In this document: positions 56,488 through 64,000 of the stretch, one piece after another
Layout of the letters: each line of letters begins with the position of its first letter
How positions within the stretch are numbered: the first letter of the stretch is position 1
Assembly (NCBI GenBank): GCA_963727505.1
Contig: CAVSGP010000005.1
Coordinates: 64,001 to 128,000, forward strand
Source of the DNA: an uncultured Trueperaceae bacterium
Lineage (GTDB): Bacteria; Deinococcota; Deinococci; Deinococcales; Trueperaceae
DNA: 64,000 nt
Direction of reading: 5' to 3'
Position numbers and translations under genes: made by a program
The notes under the pieces: model-generated
Database searches by the model: none
What the model saw: the letters and a program-made list of their open reading frames with translations, nothing else
What the model was told of the DNA's origin: nothing

Positions 56488-57420
56488 TCAGGCCGCTGGG
56501 ACGCCGACCCCCACCAGCGGGTCGCCCGCGTTGATGGCGAGGCTGGTCACTGCGAACAGCGCGATGCCGTCGACAGTGCTGTGTGCCTCCTGGAGCGTCT
56601 CGCCCAGCAGGTCGGTGACGATCCCCAGCGCCTGACCGGGATGCACGCGCTCGCCGACCGTGACGGCGGGGTACCAGCAACCGGCGTGGTCGCTGCGCGA
56701 CCAGGCGAAGGTGTCGATGACCCGGCTCGGCTCGCCGGCCGGAACGTCTCCCTTGCGCATGCCGAGGTGCGCCAGGACGCGTCGCGCGCCCTCCTCGAGC
56801 ATGCCCACGGCGCTGTCGGGCCACAGCCCCTGCCCGCCGGCCTCCGCCAGCACGGCCGGGATGCCCAGGTCGTGGGCGGCGGCGAAGGTCATGCCGGCTC
56901 CGGCCTCCTCGATCCGGAAGGGCAGTCCGAACGCGTTGGCCATGGCGGCGCTGGCCCCGTCGTCTCGCCAGTGGATGGCGAATGGCGTGAGCGCTTCGAT
57001 GAGGTCGCCGCCGTGCAGGTCCAGGTAGGCGTCGGCGCTCGTCATGAGCTCTTGGACGAGCCAGTGCGCCAGACGCTCGCTGGCGCTGCCATCGGCGCGG
57101 CCCGGGAACACGCGGTTGAGGTTCTTGCCGTCCAGGGGGTTCACGTAGATGCTGCGCGCGACGTACGCGCTGGTGTTGACGATCGGTACGATCACGAGCC
57201 GTCCCGTCAGCGCGGTGGGATCGAGGGCGGCCAGGCGCTGGGCCGCCGCGATCGAGGCGTACTCGGCGCCGTGGATGCCGGCGGTCACCAGCAAGGTGGG
57301 GCCGGCGGCTCGACCCTGGAGGACGTGGCACGGCACGAGGGGCGCCTCGTCGAGCGGCGCCAGTAGCCCGGACCAGCGCGAGCCGGGCGCGAGGTCGTCG
57401 GGAGGACGGAGCGAAGCCAT
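56488..57420 (-). CDS. Succinylglutamate desuccinylase/aspartoacylase family (M14-like) hydrolase
   Basis: 'GIHGAE', 'NLNRVFPG', 'DLHGG', 'AEAGG'. Confidence 0.9.
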   Translation of the reverse strand: MASLRPPDDLAPGSRWSGLLAPLDEAPLVPCHVLQGRAAGPTLLVTAGIHGAEYASIAAAQRLAALDPTALTGRLVIVPIVNTSAYVARSIYVNPLDGKNLNRVFPGRADGSASERLAHWLVQELMTSADAYLDLHGGDLIEALTPFAIHWRDDGASAAMANAFGLPFRIEEAGAGMTFAAAHDLGIPAVLAEAGGQGLWPDSAVGMLEEGARRVLAHLGMRKGDVPAGEPSRVIDTFAWSRSDHAGCWYPAVTVGERVHPGQALGIVTDLLGETLQEAHSTVDGIALFAVTSLAINAGDPLVGVGVPAA

Positions 57421-57434
57421 GGTCCGCCTCCCGT

Positions 57435-58193
57435 TCAGCCCTGCTCGAGCGGCCGGATCAGCACCTCGTTGATGCTCACGCGCTTCGGCCGCGTCACCAC
57501 GTAGCGGATGGCGTCGGCGATGTCCTCGCTCTGGAGCTGTTCCATGCCCGCGATGGCCGTCTCGTAGCGCTCCTTGGTGGCCGCGTGCGGGATGTGGTCG
57601 GTCAACTCGGTCGCGACCACGCCCGGCTCGATGAGGGTCACCTTGATGCCGTCGCCGTTGACCTCCCGGCGCAGGGCCTCACTGAAGCCGTTCACGCCCC
57701 ACTTCGTGGCGTTGTAGCCGCCCTGGGTGGGTCCGGCGAAGCGCCCGGAGACCGACGAGATGTTGACGATATGGCCTCCTCCCCGCGAGCGCATCGGGGC
57801 GATCGCGGCGCGGCTCGCGACCATCAGGCCGAGCAGGTTGATGTCGATCATGCGTTTCCAGTCCGCAGGATCGGTCTCCTCGATCGGTCCCAGGAACATG
57901 ACGCCGGCGTTGTTGACCAGCACGTCGAGGCCGCCGAGCGCCTCCACGGTGGCATCGACCGACTGCTGTGCCCCCTCAGGCGTGGCGAGGTCGCCGGCAT
58001 GCACGAAGACCTCGGTGCCGCCCCCGCGCAGCTCGTTGGCCAGGGTCTCGAGCCGGTCCGCCCGGCGTGCGCTCAACGCCAGGCTGGCGCCCTCGCGGGC
58101 CAGCGCGCGGGCGGTGGCGGCTCCGATTCCGCTCGATGCCCCCGTTACCAGGGCGACCTTCCCATGAAGCGTGGCTGTCGTCGTTTCGCTCAT
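57435..58193 (-). CDS. SDR family oxidoreductase (probably NADP-dependent)
   Basis: 'TGASSGIG', 'ARR', 'NNAG', 'YNATK'. Confidence 0.93.
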   Translation of the reverse strand: MSETTTATLHGKVALVTGASSGIGAATARALAREGASLALSARRADRLETLANELRGGGTEVFVHAGDLATPEGAQQSVDATVEALGGLDVLVNNAGVMFLGPIEETDPADWKRMIDINLLGLMVASRAAIAPMRSRGGGHIVNISSVSGRFAGPTQGGYNATKWGVNGFSEALRREVNGDGIKVTLIEPGVVATELTDHIPHAATKERYETAIAGMEQLQSEDIADAIRYVVTRPKRVSINEVLIRPLEQG

Positions 58194-58774
58194 TCGTTCA
58201 TCCTTTCGTTGCCCGACGCGCGCTCCGCGCGCAGCCAGGCGAGTGCCCGGGACTCCACTTCCTCCGTGCGTGCGGCGGCGACGATCACGACGCCGTCGGC
58301 GTCGGCGAGGATCAGGTCGCCTGGCGTCACCTGGACGCCTCCGACTTCCACCGCGACGTCCGCTGCTCCGTTCGAGGTCGGCTCGCCGCGGGCCGGCAGG
58401 GTGCCGCGGGCGCGAAGGGGCAGTCCGCTGGCCGTCACCGCACGGATGTCCCGGACGAAGCCGTCGATGACCACGCCGGCGGCGCCGCGCTCCTGTGCGA
58501 TCGCTGTCAGACGGTCGCCCCACAGGGCGGCCTCGAGGCCGGCGGCGGCCACGACGAGGACCTCCCCCTGCCGCAGCGCTCCGACGCCGGCACGCACCGC
58601 GGCGAGGTCGCCATCGGGGGCGGACACGGTGCGAGCCACCCCGACGAAGTCCCCACCGAGCCGGACGTGCCAGACGGGCGCGGTCGCTCGGGCCACGCCC
58701 CGGTCGCAGAGCATGCAGCTCACGCCGCCCTCCGAGAGGGCGGGCGCGAGCAGCCGGGCGGCTGTGGCACTCAC
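58190..58774 (-). CDS. RraA/HMG aldolase family protein (start uncertain)
   Basis: 'ALWGD', 'DGFVRD', 'V.PGDLI.ADADGVV'. Confidence 0.85.
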   Translation of the reverse strand: MSATAARLLAPALSEGGVSCMLCDRGVARATAPVWHVRLGGDFVGVARTVSAPDGDLAAVRAGVGALRQGEVLVVAAAGLEAALWGDRLTAIAQERGAAGVVIDGFVRDIRAVTASGLPLRARGTLPARGEPTSNGAADVAVEVGGVQVTPGDLILADADGVVIVAAARTEEVESRALAWLRAERASGNERMNE

Positions 58775-58826
58775 GGGAGACGTCTCTCGCGTGCGCCCTT
58801 GCGATCCGGTTCCTGCGGTTCCCTGC

Positions 58827-60340
<1,514 letters not shown>

Positions 60341-60344
<4 letters not shown>

Positions 60345-61777
60345 GCCTTCCTCCAGGTGTCCGGTAGGGCGCGCCACAGGCGCGCCCAGGCCTCGAGGCC
60401 GAGACGGAAGCGCTCCGGCCGGTAGAACTCGTTGGGTGCGTGGATGTCCTCGTCCCCCGTGCTGAACGAGAAGAACACGGTGTCCGCAGCGAGCGCATCG
60501 CGGAAGGTCGCCGTGATCGGCACGCTGCCGCCCATGCCCACCAGCGCAGGCTTCGCGCCGAACACGCACTCGAGCGTGTCGGCCGCCGCCCGCACCGCCC
60601 AGTGGTCGGGCGCAACGCGGTACGCCGGAGCGCCCTCGCCGGGCCCCTCGATCTCCAGCGTGACGCCAGCCGGGCAGCGTTCCTCGAGATGCCCGCGCAC
60701 CGCGGCCCCGACGGCGTCCGGATCCTGCCCAGCCACCAGCCGGCAGCTGATCTTGAAGGTCGCTTCGCTCGGGAGCACGGTCTTGCTGCCCGGTCCCTGG
60801 TAGCCGCCGTACAGCCCGTTGATCTCGAGCGTGGGGCGGTACCACTGGCGCGCCAGCGTGCCGTAACCGGGCTCGCCGAAGGGAGCGGGCGCTCCCACCT
60901 CGGCGAGGTAGGCGGCCTCGTCGAACGGCAGGCTCTCGAGAGCCGCGAGCGCCGCTTCGTCGGGCGGTTCGGCGCCGTCGTAGAAGCCCGCCACCGCTAT
61001 CCGGCCCCCGTCGTGGAGGCTCGCTACCAGCTCGGCCGCGGCGTGCAGGGGGTTGGCCACCCCGCCGCCGTGGCGCCCCGAGTGCAGGTCCTTGCCGGGC
61101 CCGCGCACCGTCACCTCCAGCGTGGTCATGCCGCGCGCGCCGGTCACAAGCGTGGCCACGTCGGGGCGCCACATCCCGCCGTCGGCCGACAGCACTACGT
61201 CGCACGCCAGATCGGCGGCACGCTCGCGCACCAGCGGGCCCAGGCTGGGGCTGCCGATCTCCTCCTCGCTCTCGAACAGGAAGCGCAGGTTCACGGGTGG
61301 GCGTTCCCCGGCACGCGAGAACGCCTCCGCCACCAGGATGGGGATGAGCATCGACGCCTTGTCGTCGCTGACGCCGCGGCCGTAGAGCCTGCCGTCCCGC
61401 TCTGTGAGCTCGAAGGGGGGCGAGCGCCACGCTCCCAGCGGATCGGGCGGCTGCACGTCCATGTGGCCGTAGACGAGCACCGTCGGCGCGCCCTCGCCGG
61501 CAGCGTCCCAGCGGGCGTAGACGGCAGGGTGCCGGGGCGTGTCCCACACCTCGACCGCCAGCTCGGGGATCGCCTCGAGCCGCTCGGCCACCCACCGGGA
61601 CGCGCGCCGCACCTCGCCGGCGAGGGCCGGGTCGGTGCTCACCGATGGGATGGCCACGAAGGCGCCAAGCAGCTCCAAGGAGCGGTCGTAGCCTTCGGCC
61701 AGCAGGGCGAGGACGGTGTCGCCGCTGGGCGCTGCTGCGTCCCGGGCGTCCGGAGGGGTCCCCCGTTCCGGCGCCAT
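60341..61777 (-). CDS. M20 family dipeptidase
   Basis: 'YGHMDVQP', 'GRGVSDDK', 'EEEIGS', 'DLHSG', 'IHAPNE'. Confidence 0.93.
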
Positions 61778-62545
61778 TCAGCGCCCCCCGTCGACGGAGA
61801 GGGTCTGTCCGGTGATCCAGCCGGCGTGGTCGCTGGCGAAGAAGAGCACGGCGTTCACGATGTCTTCGGGCGTTCCCAGGCGCTTCAGCGCGATGCCTTC
61901 CAGCAGCCTGCTCTGGCCCTCCTCGCCGTACGACGCCCACTGCTTCTCGGTGGTCGAGTTGGACAGCACGAAGCCGGGCGCAACGGAGTTCACCGTGATG
62001 CCCCACCGTCCGAGCTCGTGGGCGAGCTGGCGGGTGAGGCCGATCTGGCCGGCCTTGGCGGCGGCGTACGCCTGGATGCCGGTGAGGCTCACGCCCAGCC
62101 CCGCCCCGCTGGAGATGTTCACGATGCGCCCGGAGCGCGCTGCCTTCATCGACGGCGCGACGGCGCGGCTCGTGTAGAAGGCGCCATCCAGGTTGACGGC
62201 GACGATGCGCCGCCAGTCCTCGTCCGGGACCTCCTCGAGGGGCCTGCCGATCTGGCCCAGCACGCCGCCGGCATCGTTGACGAGGATGTCCAGCCGACCG
62301 CTGGCGTCGAGCGCGTGCCCGACCCATGCGTCCACGGCCTCGCGGGCGGAGACGTCGACGGTCGCCGCCTCCAGCGGCCGCCCGGCGTCCTTCGCCAGCC
62401 GTTCGGTCTCGGCGAGCTCGGTGGCGGCCACGTCGCTGGCGAAGACCGACGCCCCGAGGCCGGCCAGGCCGAGCGCGATGGCGCGCCCGAAGCCGTGGGC
62501 CGCACCGGTCACCAGCGCGGTCTTGCCGTCAAAGCGCAGCTGCAT
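61778..62545 (-). CDS. SDR family oxidoreductase (FabG-like)
   Basis: 'TGAAHGFG', 'ISS', 'YAAAK', 'ITGQTLSVDGG'. Confidence 0.93.
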   Translation of the reverse strand: MQLRFDGKTALVTGAAHGFGRAIALGLAGLGASVFASDVAATELAETERLAKDAGRPLEAATVDVSAREAVDAWVGHALDASGRLDILVNDAGGVLGQIGRPLEEVPDEDWRRIVAVNLDGAFYTSRAVAPSMKAARSGRIVNISSGAGLGVSLTGIQAYAAAKAGQIGLTRQLAHELGRWGITVNSVAPGFVLSNSTTEKQWASYGEEGQSRLLEGIALKRLGTPEDIVNAVLFFASDHAGWITGQTLSVDGGR

Positions 62546-63599
62546 GGGGATCCCCTTCCGGCCGGTCCTCGGCGATGGCGGCGAGGTTCTCCCAGGCGCG
62601 CGCACGCTGGCCGCTCTCGACCTCGTGCATCAGGGCCACCAGCCTCCGCAGGCGCGGGACAGCGACCCCGTGCTCCACGGCGATGCGCAGGATGGGCGTG
62701 AACTGGGCGTCGGTCTCGGTCTTGCGGTGATGGACGGCGAGGTCGCGCCAGACGCCGGAGTGCGTCTTGGCCGAGCGCCGATTGAAGGCCACCATGGCGT
62801 CGAACGAGGTGCGAGCCGCGGCCGGGTCTCCGCCCGGGCCGAAGGCAGCCGGGTCGAACCCGTTGAAGCCGACCGGGCGGGCACCGTGCGCGGCGGCCAC
62901 CGCCATGACCTCGCGGGCCAGCGCCGCCAGCACCGGTCGCATCGATGGGTCGTCCAGGGTATCGACGATGCTGGCGTCGGTCAGCGCCTCGGCGAAGAGC
63001 ATCGCGCCGTAGCCCATCTTCCCCCACAGGTAGCCCCAGATGTTGTCGCTGGTCTCGGTGCCGGGCTCGAAGTCCCGCAGCACCGCCGCCAGCCGCTGCA
63101 GGCGTTCGCTGGAGCGACCGTCGAGCTCTCCGAGCACCACCGCACCGCGCCCCGAGAACTGCACGATGCCGGGCTCGAGCACGTCCGCGCCGAAGTTGAC
63201 GAACGCCCCCAGGGTTCTCGCCTCGCCGACGGCCTCCTCGAGGACGATCTCGTTCAGGCCGTTCTGCATCGAAACCACGCAGCCGTCCCCGGACACGTGC
63301 GGCGCGAGCTGCGTCGCGGCGCGCTCGGTATCCAAAGCCTTGACCGCCAGCAGCACCCAGTCCCATGTCCCCGCGACGGCGTCGGGCGTGACGATGGGCG
63401 CGTGGACCGTGAAGGTGTCGATGGGGCCGACGATGCGCAGGCCGTCGCGCCGCGCCGCCTCGACGTGAGCCGGGTTGGCGTCCACGAAGGTGATGTCGTG
63501 GCCGGCGCGCGCAAGGTGGGCGCCCACCACGCCGCCGATCGCGCCGGCGCCCCACACGAGCACCCGCAGGCGCGGGGCGGCCGCCCCGTCCGGGGTCAC
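62529..63599 (-). CDS. Ketopantoate reductase (PanE/ApbA) family protein
   Basis: 'WGAGAIG', 'AVK', 'QNG', 'WGK', 'SGVWRD...KTETD'; GTGA overlap. Confidence 0.88.
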   Translation of the reverse strand: MTPDGAAAPRLRVLVWGAGAIGGVVGAHLARAGHDITFVDANPAHVEAARRDGLRIVGPIDTFTVHAPIVTPDAVAGTWDWVLLAVKALDTERAATQLAPHVSGDGCVVSMQNGLNEIVLEEAVGEARTLGAFVNFGADVLEPGIVQFSGRGAVVLGELDGRSSERLQRLAAVLRDFEPGTETSDNIWGYLWGKMGYGAMLFAEALTDASIVDTLDDPSMRPVLAALAREVMAVAAAHGARPVGFNGFDPAAFGPGGDPAAARTSFDAMVAFNRRSAKTHSGVWRDLAVHHRKTETDAQFTPILRIAVEHGVAVPRLRRLVALMHEVESGQRARAWENLAAIAEDRPEGDPHAAAL

Positions 63600-64000
63600 G
63601 CCCACGGCCCCTCCAGAGCGGCGCGCGTCTCCTCGACCCCGGCGCGCCACACGCGCTCCATCGCCTCGTCGGGCTTCTGGTAGGCGCCGCCCATGTTGCC
63701 GTCGCCCAGCATCGTGCGGACTTCGGGTGCGGTGAGCAGACGCATGCGCGTCATGTCGGTCATGGGCTTGGCGCCCTCGGGCATGCTCACGCCTTCGAGC
63801 CGCGTCCAGGCGAAGTTCTCCATCCAGGAGGCGTGGGAGGCGGCCTCGTCGATGGCGTGGACGGCAGCGAAGGTGGCCGGTGCGTTCCACCAGTTGTGCC
63901 ACTTCACGCGCACGCCCGGGTGCGCGTTCATCCACTCCTGCGCCACCGAACCCGCGGCGCTGTTGCCGCCGTGACCGTTGACGAACAGCACGCGCTTGAA
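63596..64000 (-). CDS. Creatininase family amidohydrolase (5' end outside the window)
   Basis: 'FVNGHGGN', 'HASWMEN', 'GDG'. Confidence 0.88.
   Translation of the reverse strand, partial: FKRVLFVNGHGGNSAAGSVAQEWMNAHPGVRVKWHNWWNAPATFAAVHAIDEAASHASWMENFAWTRLEGVSMPEGAKPMTDMTRMRLLTAPEVRTMLGDGNMGGAYQKPDEAMERVWRAGVEETRAALEGPWA

Overview
This is a GC-rich (about 70% by eye), gene-dense bacterial chromosomal segment with about 60 CDS. I found no rRNA, tRNA, CRISPR array or mobile element. A Deinococcota (Trueperaceae-like) origin is inferred from a minor-pilin/ComZ(DUF4900)-type cluster and several apparently leaderless TANNNT promoters. Main blocks: (1) sugar ABC permeases, SelA/DgaE-like PLP enzyme, COG3964-type amidohydrolase, RidA and KDG kinase; (2) ClC-CBS, NHL lipoprotein, P450, HisJ, C1 peptidase, MFS; (3) three pilins and a frameshifted ComZ/PilX-like gene; (4) cupredoxin and a long coiled-coil LysM lipoprotein; (5) LacD-type aldolase, a 15-bp tandem repeat and a YhaO/YhaN (Mre11/Rad50-like) pair with a large C-terminal extension; (6) a His-rich MFS divergent from a P3A H+-ATPase, and an atypical NarL-type regulator; (7) fdhF/ydeP-fdhD, a membrane-anchored ferredoxin resembling the C-terminal half of fused HgcAB-like proteins, and a four-subunit 2-oxoacid:ferredoxin oxidoreductase; (8) rhomboid-like plus MprF-like genes, DUF432-MscS, ABC exporter, XRE fusion and deoxyhypusine-synthase-like gene; (9) an 8-gene operon of hydrolases and oxidoreductases cut by the window end. 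All family calls come from motif recognition by eye; no database search was run.
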